From positions 1,550,001 to 1,614,000 of the forward strand of contig OZ251223.1 in the NCBI GenBank assembly GCA_965240325.2: a DNA stretch of 64,000 nt, written 5' to 3'. Both the position numbers and the translations under genes were made by a program. The notes under the pieces are model-generated. The model saw nothing but the letters and a program-made list of their open reading frames with translations, was not told where the DNA came from and did not search any database. Positions 34,292 through 45,761 of the stretch are shown here, piece after piece (the stretch's first letter is position 1; every line of letters begins with the position of its first letter). The DNA comes from Rebecca billardiae RCC1528 (taxonomy: Eukaryota; Protista; Haptophyta).

Positions 34292-36284
34292 ATGCCGGCG
34301 GAGGAGAAGGTGAAGTGGAAGCGCGTCATTCGCGCGGCGGTGGGCGCGGCGGGCGGGAGCGTGAAGCGTAAGGCGCTGAAGAAGAGGCTCCTTGCCGATC
34401 TTGCAGGCGCCGTGAGCGCGGAGCGCCTGGAGGAGCTGCTGGACGACAAGGTGCGCGCGGCCGGCTTTGAGATCCGCGGGAAGGTCGTGCAGCCTGCCGG
34501 CCGCGCGCCCGGTGCGCAGGAGGGCGGCGGGCCGAGGGACGGGCGAGGAGCCGCGTCGATGGACGCAGACGGCTCTGGCGCGGCGCCCGCCGTGGCTGCA
34601 GCCGGATCGGATCCGAAAAAGCGCCAGAGCAAGCCGGGCGGCGCGCCGCTGCCGTGCACGGCCGCCGAGGCGGCCGCGTTCTGGAAAGAGCACATGATCG
34701 CCGTGAGCGGCGAGGGCGCCTCCGAGTTCCGGCCGTGCCTCGCCTTCGACACGGCTGGCTTCGACGCGGACGTCCTGCGCGCCACCGCCACCTTCGCCAA
34801 GCCCACGCCGATCCAGTCCACGTGCTGGCCGGTGGCGCTCGCGGGCCGCGACGTGATCGGAATCGCCGAGACGGGCTCGGGCAAGACGCTCGGCTTCTTC
34901 CTGCCCGCGCTGATGCACCTGCGCGCGGGCGACGCGGCGCGGCGGCGCGGCGTGCGCGTGCTCGTGCTCAGCCCCACGCGCGAGCTCGCGATGCAGACCG
35001 AGACGCTGGTCGCCGCGGCGGGGGAGCACTGCGGCGTGCGCTCGGTGTGCGTGTTTGGCGGCGTGCCCAAGGGGCCGCAGGCCAAGGCGCTGCGCGGCGG
35101 GGTCGACGTGGTGGTGGCGACGCCGGGGCGGCTGCTCGACCTGTATCAGAACGACCGCGTCGCCGAGCTCTCGCACGCCACCTACGTCGTCCTCGACGAG
35201 GCCGACCGGCTGCTCGACCTCGGCTTTGAGAAGGACGTGCGCGCAATTGTGAGCGCGACCGCGGCGCCGCCGGCGAGGCAGACGTGCATGTTCACGGCGA
35301 CGTGGCCCGACGGCGTGCGCAAGCTGGCGTCGGACTTCCTGACGCGGCCGATCACGATCACCGTCGGCTCGACCGAGCTCACCGCCAACCACCGCGTCAA
35401 GCAGGTCGTCGAGGTCGTCGAGCCGCACGCGAAGGACAGCCGGCTGCTGCAGCTGCTCAAGCAGTACCACGGCTCGCGCAAGAACCGCGTGCTCATCTTC
35501 GCGCTCTACAAGAAGGCGAGGGCGCGGCGCCGCGCGCGGCGCGTGGGGGCGGGGGCGGCGGGGGGGGGTTGGGCACAGGCGCGTGCGCACGGCCGCTCCC
35601 CGCGCTCGCGCAGCCATCGCGCCGCCTGACACTTGGGCCGAACCACGCCCCGGCCCGCCCGCCCGCCTCGCCCCTCCCGTCGGCGCAGGAGGCGGCGCGC
35701 GTCGAGGGCCAGCTGCAGCGGGCGGGCTACAACTGCCGGGGCATCCACGGCGACCTGTCGCAGGACCAGCGCAGCGAGGCGCTGCACAACTTCAAGCAGG
35801 GCGCGTGCCCGCTGCTCATCGCCACGGACGTCGCCGCGCGCGGCCTCGACATCCCGGACGTGGAGGCGGTGATCAACTTCACGTTCCCGCTCACGATCGA
35901 GGACTACATCCACCGGATCGGCCGCACGGGGCGCGCGGGCAAGAGCGGGGTCTCGCACACGCTGTTCACGCAGCACGACAAGGTGCGCGCGCCGAGGGTG
36001 GGCGTGGCGCGAGGTCGGCCCGTGTGCGTGCGCCCACGCGGGCAACAGCTGGGCCTGCGGCTGAGGCGGCAGCGGCGCGCGCCCGCTCCTGCACGCGCGC
36101 ACAGGCCAACGCGGGCGCGCTGCAAAACGTGCTGCGCGAAGCGAATCAGGACGTCCCCGAGGCACTGCTCAAATTCGGCTCGACGGTCAAGAAGAAGGAC
36201 CACAAGCTGTACGGCGCGTTCGGCCCGAAGGATGACGGGCCGCCCATGAAGACAGCCACGAAGATCACATTCGGCGAGGACTGA
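34292..36284 (+). CDS. DBP3: DEAD-box RNA helicase DBP3-like, 3 exons
   Basis: [36 protein letters not shown]|[23 protein letters not shown]; C-terminal [13 protein letters not shown] typical of DBP3. Confidence 0.93.
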
Positions 36285-36978
36285 GCTGATGTCATGATGC
36301 ACGGCATGCTGGGCGTGATCAGGCGTTGCCAGCAGGCGTGAAGCCGGTCGGCCCGGTCGCGGCGCGGATCAGATTTATTATTGATATGCTGGCGGATCGT
36401 CATTGATGATGCTGCTGCAGAATTTATTGGGCCGTCGTTTACGCGTACGCCATCGTCATTAGCTATCTCTCTCTTTCTCTCATATATAGGCTTCCACCGA
36501 CTCAACACAGTCGTCAGATCGAGTACTCAGAGTCAGACTGTCAGATTTCTGACATCGGTGTCCCCCAGCGTCATCACGCCGGTCGGGAATAACTCGGACC
36601 GTCGTGACATGATTGTGGTGACGATGACTCGCCCAGCGCGGAACCGTCGAAATCTGAAGCTGCATCCCAATGACGCCCGAGCGTGTGGCGCCTGTGGCGG
36701 CGGACGTGGGGTGCAACGCGCCTGCGCGGGTCATGTGTCGTACAAGACTGCCTTCAAGTTGTCTTCAAGACGTCGGACGAAGACCACGCGGAGCTCGAGC
36801 TCGATGATGCCAACGATGTGGCCATCTGGCACGCGCTCATGGACGACACCCAGCCAACCATCCCACCGCTCTGCTCTCCAGTTAGATGTGCGCGCTGCGG
36901 CCGAGCTCGGGGTACGGGGTCCCAGGTCTCCGCGCGCGCGCGCAGTGCCCGGATCTCCGTCCTGAGTTGCTCAGCCAG

Positions 36979-37677
36979 TCAGCCACCGAAACACTTACAC
37001 CTGCCGGCCCCGGCCCAGCCCGCGGATGAGGACCGCTCGGGAACCGGCCGCAGTCGCTTGTACGGCACGGCGCGAAGCACCTCGCCACTTCGAATGAGCT
37101 TCACGCTGAACGCGTCGTAGCGCTCGCCGCCGTCGGCGTCGACCATCTGCGCGTGCAGCCAGCCCTGGGTGCGGTCGTCGTACACGTCCACCGGCGCGCC
37201 GTCCTTGTAGTGGGCGACGATCATGCGGGGCGCCCAATAGCCATCGGGTAGGTCCTCACGCACGCTGTAGTCACGCGTCCCGTAGACAACGTAGGACGGC
37301 GTCTCGTAGACCACTGTCGACAGCCGCCATGGGGCCTCTGCCCCCGATTGCGGATCGTACACGCGCACCGTGCCCCTCGCGGCGATGATGCCTTCGGGGA
37401 GTGGTTGGGCCAGAGAACTCTCGCGCTGGTTGGGATGGACCGTGCCGTCCGCAAGGGTCACTGTCCACGTGCGCTGCGCGCCACCTAAGAGGGTCCTGTG
37501 GGGCTTGCCCGCAGCGGTGATGACCGCGTGAAGCCATTACGCGCTGCCAAAGCGCCACTGCGGAGCGGTGAACAACTTGACCAGGACTCTGTCGTGGACC
37601 GCAAAGCTCGAGGGCGTGAGCGTCGGCGTCTTCGGCGTGGAGAAGCGCGGTGAAGTGTCCCTTGCGCCGCGTGCAGT
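36979..37677 (-). pseudogene. Probable pseudogene of a tandem Tudor/Agenet-like protein
   Basis: One frame reads FAVHDRVLVKLF..QWRFGSA*WLHAVIT..WTVTLADG and YKDGAPVDVYD..GWLHAQMV..FSVKL..VPYKRLRP. In-frame TAA at 37537-37539; no in-frame ATG upstream. Confidence 0.45.
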
Positions 37678-37791
37678 TTACTTGCGAGACTCGTGACGCC
37701 CGCCAACTTAAACTGTTGATCACCGCTTGCTGAGCAACCATTGGCCATGAAGCCGTCCCCCCGCCCGCCCGGGCCCTCCCCCTCCCCCAGC

Positions 37792-38914
37792 CAAGGGGAG
37801 TCAGGGTACAGCACGTCCAGTGGGCTGCAGCTGGAGCTTGGGTACAAAAGCTTCCCGCGGCGCAGCGGCACTCGGGAGCCGCCGCCGCCGCCGTCGAGGG
37901 GCGGTTGTGGCGCGCACGGCGTGAGCCGCTGCGGGCGCTGAGGTGCGCGCGACGGCGGCGCGCCCGGCGGCGCTGCTGTAGGAGGCCACTGCCCTCCTCT
38001 CTGCCCCGCGCGCTTCGCTCGTCGTCGCCGTCTCCGCGCCTGCGACTCAGCGCGCACGCGAGCGCGGCACCGCCCGGCAGCCGGGGCAATCTCTGCCGTG
38101 ACTGCGCATGTGCGTCGCGACCTGGTCGGCCCAGCGCGCGAGGCGCGTGCGGGCGAGGTAGGGCCAGTATGGGCGCGCGCCATGCCGCCTCGACCTTGCG
38201 CCGGTGGGCATGTCGCGGGCCTTGCACCTCTGTCGACAACGTTGACAAACAATGCGGCACCCAAGCGCAGACGTCAGTGTGCACGATCGAGGCAGTAGGC
38301 GTACAGACGCGATAGTTGCAGAGCTTTTTGTGATCATGCGAGTCATACATTGTCAGTGACTCTCGCCCAGGTCGTCTGCGCGCTGAACTGACGTTTTGAC
38401 TGAGTGCCTCGAGATCGCCTCGACGATGGCCCGTGCATTGCTTGAACACAGTCCAAGCGGCCAACCAGACACACGTGCTCAGTTCCCTGTTGTACGCTCT
38501 GATGGGCTTACTTGAGGCGGCATGGCGCGCGCCCATACTGGCCCTACCTCGCCCGCACGCGCCTCGCGCGCTGGGCCGACCAGGTCGCGACGCACATGCG
38601 CAGTCACGGCAGAGATTGCCCCGGCTGCCGGGCGGTGCAGCGCTCGCGTGCGCGCTGAGTCGCAGGCGCGGAGACGGCGACGACGAGCGAAGCGCGCGGG
38701 GCAGAGAGGAGGGCAGTGGCCTCCTACAGCAGCGCCGCCGGGCGCGCCGCCGTCGCGCGCACCTCAGCGCCCGCAGCGGCTCACGCCGTGCGCGCCACAA
38801 CCGCCCCTCGACGGCGGCGGCGGCGGCTCCCGAGTGCCGCTGCGCCGCGGGAAGCTTTTGTACCCAAGCTCCAGCTGCAGCCCAACTGGACGTGTTGTAC
38901 CCTGACTCCCCTTG
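37792..38914. mobile_element. Non-autonomous foldback DNA transposon (P/Galileo-like), ~400-bp TIRs, 7-bp TSD
   Basis: 37792-38191 is the near-perfect reverse complement of 38514-38914. Termini are CAAGGGGAG...CTCCCCTTG. CCCCAGC flanks both sides (37785-37791 and 38915-38921). Confidence 0.88.
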
Positions 38915-39008
38915 CCCCAGCGGCGGCAGTCGACAACCTTAGCGTCTCGCGTCCCGCCGACGGCCAGACAGGCTCGTGACAGCCGCAGCGTCGAGACGGA
39001 CGCGCACG

Positions 39009-42000
39009 ATGTCGGCGCTGTGGCGGTTGCTGCTGGTGGCCGCGGGCGCAACGGCGAGCGCCAAGTCGTTCCGCCCCAAGCCGCTCTCCACGACCAACCC
39101 CGCGACCTTTGTGCGCCCGACGCCGCGCGACAAGGTCGCTCCGGCCAAGGTGACGTGGCAGGACCCGCACGAGGTACCCAAGCCAACCGCCGAGTGGTGG
39201 GAGAATATGGTGCTCACGAAGGAGGACATCGACGGCAACGGGAACGGCTTCGTCATCCCGTACATCGTCGACCCCAAGGACTTCGGCCTCAAGCTCGCCG
39301 TGCCGTTCCCGATCGCGGTCTCGTCTGAGATCTACGAGAACGGCTTCGACACGCTTGTCCTCGTGTCCAACTTTGGGACGAACGTCGAGTTCGACAGCGG
39401 GTACCACGTCGGGCGCCACGACAAGCTCACGGTGGATCTGCTCTGGGGCGAGTCTGGCCGGGGGATGGTCTGCACGCTCGCGCGCGGCTCGCCGTACGTG
39501 ACGTGTCGGTACGACGGCGTGCCGCCCGCGTTCAACGCGCCGCAGATGATCGAAGGGTTCTCGGTCGACGGCGTGCCAGCGGCGTGCCGCAAGGGGAACC
39601 ACACGGGGCGCCGCTTCCAGGTCTCCTTCATCCAGTCCGACGAGACCTGGGTGCTGTACACCGAGACGAACGTCACATTCGCGTGCGAGTCGGACGCGGC
39701 ATGGTTCCAACTCTCCGCGACGGAGCCCTACTCGGGCACCGTGCGCGCGGCGATGGCGAACAACTGCACGCACGGGCGCTCGGCGTTCCACTGCAACAAG
39801 CGCCCGCCGGCCAGCCCGGCCGAGCCCGTCTTCATGCCCTACCTCGACGCGCACGCGCACGTGTACCCGGTGGCGGCGGATCTCGAGTTCTCGGTCGACG
39901 AGGTGGCGGCCGAGGGCGCCGTGCACTACAAGTGGGTGAAGGGGCACTTCAACGGCTCGGACGCGAGCACGCCGCTGCTCACGTCGATGATGGAGCACCA
40001 CCGCTCGACCGGCGTGCGCGGCGCCGAGCTCGTCCTCCCCACGCCCGCCGGCACCTCGATCCACGGCGCGTCGTACCTCGCCACCGGTGACGAGTGGCAG
40101 GTGAAGTACCGGCTGCCGCGCGTGTCGTGGCACGCGGAGCGCGACGTGGCGCCGGAGCGGCTCGAGGCGCTGGTGGCGCAGCTGGAGGCGGACAAGGACT
40201 GGCTGCCGCCGCGGAACTACCAGCTCGGCGCGGGCGACCCGTACAACCTGGGCAAGATGCTCTCGCGCATGGGGCGGGTCGCGCTGATCGCTGAGCACGT
40301 CGGCAGGGACGACATCGCGCAGCATGTCGTCGGGCTGATGAAGCCGCTGGCCGAGCTGTACATCGACTCGAGCGCGGCCAACTACCTGCTGTACGATCAC
40401 TCGTGGGGCGGGATCGTCAGCTGCGGTGCGCCGCCGGGCGGCCCGCCGGGCGGCCGCCGCCGCGGGCGCACCACCGCAGCCCCCGGCCGCGCGTGCAGCG
40501 CGCACCTGCGCACGGCGCGCTGACTCGCCGGGCGGCCGCCGCCGCGGGCGCACCACCGCAGCCCCCGGCCGCGCGTGCAGCGCGCACCTGCGCACGGCGC
40601 GCTGACTCGCCGCCCCGACTGCGCGTGTGCGCGCCGTCGCCGCGCCGCGCCAGGCTGCATCTACGACGACTGCGGCGGCCAGTGCGACCCGCACTGCAAC
40701 GACGGTGGCGACCCGTCGTTCTGTCCGTCGCTCACCGACCCGGGCATGGACTTTGGCAACGGCTACTACAACGACCATCGTGAGCGCCGCGCGGCCGCGC
40801 ACGCGCTCGCCCGCCGCAGCCAGCCCGGCTGTGCGCTCACACGCCAGCCCCCGCGCTCGGCCGCGCGCGCGCGCGCGGCGCGGCTTGGGTCAGACTTCCA
40901 CTACGGGTACCACCTGTATGCCGTCGCCGTGCTTGCGCACTTCGACCGGCGCTGGGCGGAGAAGCACAAGGAGTTCCTGCTGCTGTACGCGCGCGACGTG
41001 TTCAACCCGTCGCGCGAAGACCAGTTCTTCCCCGTGTGGCGCAACAAGGACTGGTTCATGGGCTTCAGCTGGGCGTCTGGCATCGCGCTCGCGGCGGGGC
41101 AGCCGTTCCGCAACGGGCGGAACCAGGAGTCGACCTCCGAGTCGGTCAACGCGTACTACGCGCTGCAGCTGCTCGGCGAGGCGCTGGGCAACGACGAGAT
41201 GCTCAGCCTGGGCCGCATCGCCACCGCCGCCGAGATCCACTCGGCTCAGACCTACTGGCACCTGTCCCGGGACAACCCAGTCTACCCGCCCGCGCTGCGG
41301 GAGAAGAGGATGCTCGGCATCCTGTGGCAGAACCTCGCGCAGTACCAGACGTGGTTCGGCGGGCAGGGCTTCATGGTGCACGGCATCCAGATGATCCCGA
41401 TCACGCCGATCTCCGAGGCGCTGTACCGCCCAGAGTTCATTGAGGACGAGTACCCGGTCTTTGAAAAGTCGTGCGCGGGCGGCGGGCAGTGCATGACGGA
41501 CGGCTGGGTCACGTTCGCGGTGATGGACCACGCCATACTCGACTCGGTAACGCGCGCGCGCGCGAGCCGGGGGGCTGGGTGGGGGTGGGGCCGTGCGGGT
41601 GCGACGGGCTCGGCTCGGACGACCGCTCACGCACGCGACGCGCGCGCCCCCGCCCGCGCCGCCGCGGCCCGCGCCCGTCGCGCCGCAGGAGGCGGCGTGG
41701 GCTGAGATGGAGAAGCTGCCGGACTCTGTCTTCTCAGGCCAGTCACCCGCGGGCAACGGCAACTCACGCTCCAACACCATGTACTGGATCGCGACGCGGC
41801 CAAACGCGACGAAGCTGAAAGGGGGCGAGCTCAAGGCGCTGCTCCATGCGGCGACGGCAGGTGGGGCGCCACCGGCCCTTCTCGGCCTGATCGCGCTGGT
41901 CACTGTGCTCGCGGGCGTGATCGGCAGCCTGGCGCGCACGCGCCGCACGCGCCTTGCCGTGGGCGCGGCCGATGCTGGGCTCGAGGGCGGTGGCCACGAG

Positions 42001-42087
42001 GCGCTGCTCGGCTCCGAGTGTCGGGAAGGCGACACATCGGCGGTGGACGCCGTGCGCGACGAGCGCGTGGCGCTGGCCACCAGCTAG
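39009..42087 (+). CDS. GH81 endo-1,3-beta-glucanase, secreted with C-terminal TM anchor; multi-exon
   Basis: Signal peptide; PTAEWW, ARGSPYVT, DPYNLGK, YDHSWGG, DFGNGYYNDH|HFHYGY, SWASG, RNQESTSE, GIQMIPITP. Confidence 0.93.
40444..40612. repeat. Perfect 82-bp tandem duplication inside the first GH81 intron
   Basis: The unit cgccgggcggccgccgccgcggg...gcgcgctgact starts at 40444 and again at 40526. Confidence 0.9.
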
Positions 42088-42313
42088 CAGCGACCAAGGC
42101 TGGCCCATTCTGCATTCACCTTGGGAGTGGGCATTGGCAGCATTGACTTGACGGTCCGGCCGGACACATCGCCAACGTCACCGTCGCCGGCACAACTACC
42201 GGACTTCTCGTAATTCGTAGCGGGAATCTAGCTACAACAAATCCGACGAAAAGTCGACTCGACCGGCGAGGGCGACACGTCTCGCTGCCGTCGCGACACC
42301 TGTCTTCTCCAAG

Positions 42314-43126
42314 ATGGTCCGCACCGGCGACATCGCCAATACCTTCGTACTCGTGAACACGGCCGTCTTCCTGGCTGGTGTCGTGGCCAATGCGCTTGGC
42401 ACGGTCAACTTTTTCAGCGATTCCTTCATGACGGACGGGTTCTGCGTTGCAAACAAGGACACGCCTTTGTTGCAGAGTCACATGCTGTGCTTCTATGTGG
42501 ACACCGTGTGCGCCGTGGTTCTGACATACCTGGCGCGGCGGCATAAGGGCATGCATGGGTACGAGCCCGTCGCGCACGCGCCGGCAGGCGTGTTCCTGCA
42601 TGGTCTCGCGCACTTGGGCATGTGGTTCTTCCGCGATGCCGAGGTGAGCGAGCTGCCGCGGGTGCGCGATACGATGCTCATGGACGTACCGAGGGAGGCC
42701 CAGAAGGTGGCCTTCCTCTGGTTCTTCTTCTTCTTTCTGCTTCGCTCTGCCCCCAGTGTCCCGAGCTCGCACGCGGCAGTGCACGCTCTTCTGCATGCTC
42801 CGATGCTGCAGCTGCTGGTCCCGCCGCGGTTCGGCTTCACGTACGTCCAGACAGTGCTGCTGTGGGTTACCGCGCTTTACGACCTGCGACGGCCAAAGAA
42901 GGACGGTTTTTACGACCTCTCGGCGGTAATGATCAATCTGCCAGTCGGCTTGGTGTCCTGGCTCGAGGGCGCTGCGTGCGAGTCCCTCTTCAGAGGCATC
43001 GGCGGGCACGTGTGGTACGACGCTGTCATTCCCCTGAGCATGTTCGCCTACTACGCCGTCGCATTGCCTATGGGCTCCACGCGCGGCACCGGTAGCACTG
43101 CCCGCGGGGCAATCAAGGTGCAGTAG
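42314..43126 (+). CDS. Multi-pass membrane protein of unknown function
   Basis: Intact ATG ORF with several hydrophobic helices and His motifs (SHMLCFYVD, HGLAH, GGHVWYD). Confidence 0.7.
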   Translation: MVRTGDIANTFVLVNTAVFLAGVVANALGTVNFFSDSFMTDGFCVANKDTPLLQSHMLCFYVDTVCAVVLTYLARRHKGMHGYEPVAHAPAGVFLHGLAHLGMWFFRDAEVSELPRVRDTMLMDVPREAQKVAFLWFFFFFLLRSAPSVPSSHAAVHALLHAPMLQLLVPPRFGFTYVQTVLLWVTALYDLRRPKKDGFYDLSAVMINLPVGLVSWLEGAACESLFRGIGGHVWYDAVIPLSMFAYYAVALPMGSTRGTGSTARGAIKVQ

Positions 43127-45761
43127 TGGCTACCCGCCGAGACTAGCTAGTAGCTGCGAAGCCGCCGCCTGCTGCTACGGATGCTGCGCGCACTCACTTA
43201 TTCTACTCGTTGAAGTCATCAATCGCAGGGGTCGGAAGGGACTCTGCTGTAATGGTCCGCTTGGTTGACTTCGGCTCGGGGCCAAGACGTAACGGAGCTG
43301 GGGGGGGGGGGGGGGGGGGGGGCGGAGCCCGACGCCCGCCAACTGTCACCGCACATGAACTATGGGCTCCCGAGCCGCGGCACTGTCACTCATGTCAGGG
43401 ACGTCCACCGGACCCTATGGTGGGGGTGCTAATTTAGACGAACCCCTGGGAGCCAGGGAGCGATGAGGGTACCAATCGAAAGATCTCCGGGGCGGCGGAC
43501 GAAGTAACGTAGTCCTCATCGAATAAGTAATCGACGTCTTCTCACGCCTCGACGTGTTTGAACGCGTCGTCGCAGTCGAACACGGAGGACTCCATCGTGC
43601 TGAACTTTTTTTTGGGCTCCCGGACCGGTCTCTCGCACAATGGAGCTCCGCCGAGCGGGCGAGGAGACGAGACGCCTTGGAGGCCTTGATCCGGGCGCAT
43701 CCGCTGGTTGGCCGCGGCACCCTGTCGCGCTCGCGCCCCGGGTGCACCTTCGTGCACTGAGAGTCACCGATGGGCGAGAAGCTGCTCGTCGACTCGAGCA
43801 AGCTGCGCGCTGTCCGCGTCGAGCTGCTCGCGCCGGCGGCCACACCTTGAGCTCGCGGCGGTGCGGGTGTGCGCATGAGCTTGTCGGCTTCGAGCTGCTC
43901 GCGCCCCGGGCCGCGCCGTCAGCTCGTGGTGGCACGGGTATGCGCACGAGCTCGTGCTTGGCTGCAGATCCTCAGAGGACTGCCACAGCTGGCTGGCTCA
44001 GAGCTTGTTCGACGAGTGCTGAGGTGCGGTGTGGCCTGCGCGGTGCGCCGCAGCGGTCAATGCGTTGCTCGATCCTGCAGTGCACTACGTCTTGACTCGC
44101 GAGGGAGGCGCCGATATCGGGGCTGTGTGCAATGCGTCATGGCCGCTCGACGCAGAGCCGACGCCGCACGACGCAGCCCTCAGCCAACACCAGCGAACAC
44201 GGTCTGCTATGCGAATTCTGGCGAGTTGGGGCCTTATTGATTGAGGCGTATTTGGTCCTTCGATCGGCTGGGGGGAGCCCCCCCAGACCCCCCAGAGAGT
44301 CTGAATGCACCCCTGCTGGACGTCCCGGACAGTGACCGGAGCCTATATGAAGCCGTCGCCGATGTCGTAGCGCGGTCGCGGAAGCCCGATTATCCGTTAT
44401 CGTTGGGCAGCCCGGTCCGGCCTGACTAGGGCGCAAGACCGAAACGAGACGGAATGATGAATACGGATATGTGTTACTAATTCTATGCTTTAAAGACACA
44501 TGCACGAAGGCGCAGCTCTCCTGATTCGTCTGTCGACGTACTGATTGGAGACAGCGGGTGTGACTGTGAGCGGGCGTTGGCCGCGGGTGACGGGTAGTCG
44601 TCGCCGTGATGACTGATGCTGTGATGCCTGATCACACGGAGGCAGTAGGTGCCCAGGGATGCCGCTGTAGTATTTGCAGTCGTCGCCGGCCTTGGTCATC
44701 ATGTAGTTGTACGCGTCGACGTTCCGAGGCCGTGTTCGAGTTGCGGATGCCGTGGTGCAGGTAGTGGATGGGGTCGCCCTGGCCGGTGTGCGCGGCCTTG
44801 GTCTTCACTGCTTGCTTGATGACAGCCATACCCATCAGATTCTTCTGACGCTCACTTTTGAAATACAAATTGTGAACGTTTCGCCTGTAGTTTTCGGTTC
44901 GTCTTGATTTCCTTTCGACCACAAGCGCCGTAAGGGTAACCGCCGTTACGGCGTCCTGTATGTGGCTAGGTGCACGCTCCCAAGCTTCTGACCAATTCTA
45001 TGATGATTTAAAGACACCGGGAAAGGACCTTCTGATATCACTGAAAAATCGGGGAATTCATCATTGGAGCAGGTGCGTTTCCGCCGGTTGCCGCGGATGA
45101 ATCGATTACCATGCACCGCGGCTAACCACCGCCCTGCACCAGCCCTGCTTTCACACACACAAAATAGTGAAAATACCCCTCTCCCGCCTGGCGGCCTAGT
45201 AGCCTATTCAATTCGTGAGGGGATTCCAGGACGGGGCGCGGATTTTAGTTGATGACAGCGGGTGCTCCCAAACGATATCAAATGTGCGAATACCTCGAAC
45301 AGGTTGGCTACTTGGCTACGCGTTTATCAAAGCGTTTTGGTTCATCACCACGGCCCGCGGAGTACCGGGCGGTACCGCAGTTCGTTGCGGTATTGCCATA
45401 TTTCATCACCCGTGCCACCGGTACTCCAGGGCGGAACGTTGATGAACCCGAATAGGAAGATCAGCCGAGGAAGAATGGGGTTATGGATTCGGCGGGCGGC
45501 GTGAAATGAAATGATACCAAACCACGCTTGAGTTCGCCTGCGAGTTGTGTCGACGTCTTACACATGCCTATCGTAAAGATTCCGATTCCTTAAGCTCCTG
45601 GGCTTTTTGGGTAACTTTTGTGATGTTTGATGGGCGCCTTCTCCGGGTTGACATCAATTGCCCATCAACCGCGAACACCGCTATCAATCTACCTCGGGCG
45701 CTTGTGGGGAACCCCGCACCTGTCGAATACAGAACACACCTTCTCCCTCACCCTCACGCAC

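Noticed and set aside
36683-36900. Coding-like fragment (VVQDCLQVVFKTSDEDHAELELDDANDVAIWHALMDD)
   Set aside because: Short, with no clear start or recognisable domain; cannot be supported as a gene.
43226-43448. hAT-like MITE with CAGGGGT...ACCCCTG ends
   Set aside because: Only 7 bp of inverted match and no 8-bp TSD.
44941-44970. Helitron 3' end (hairpin CGCCGTTACGGCG, 12 nt, then CTAG)
   Set aside because: Stem is short, CTAG is followed by G rather than T, and no 5' end or Rep/helicase remnant is identifiable.
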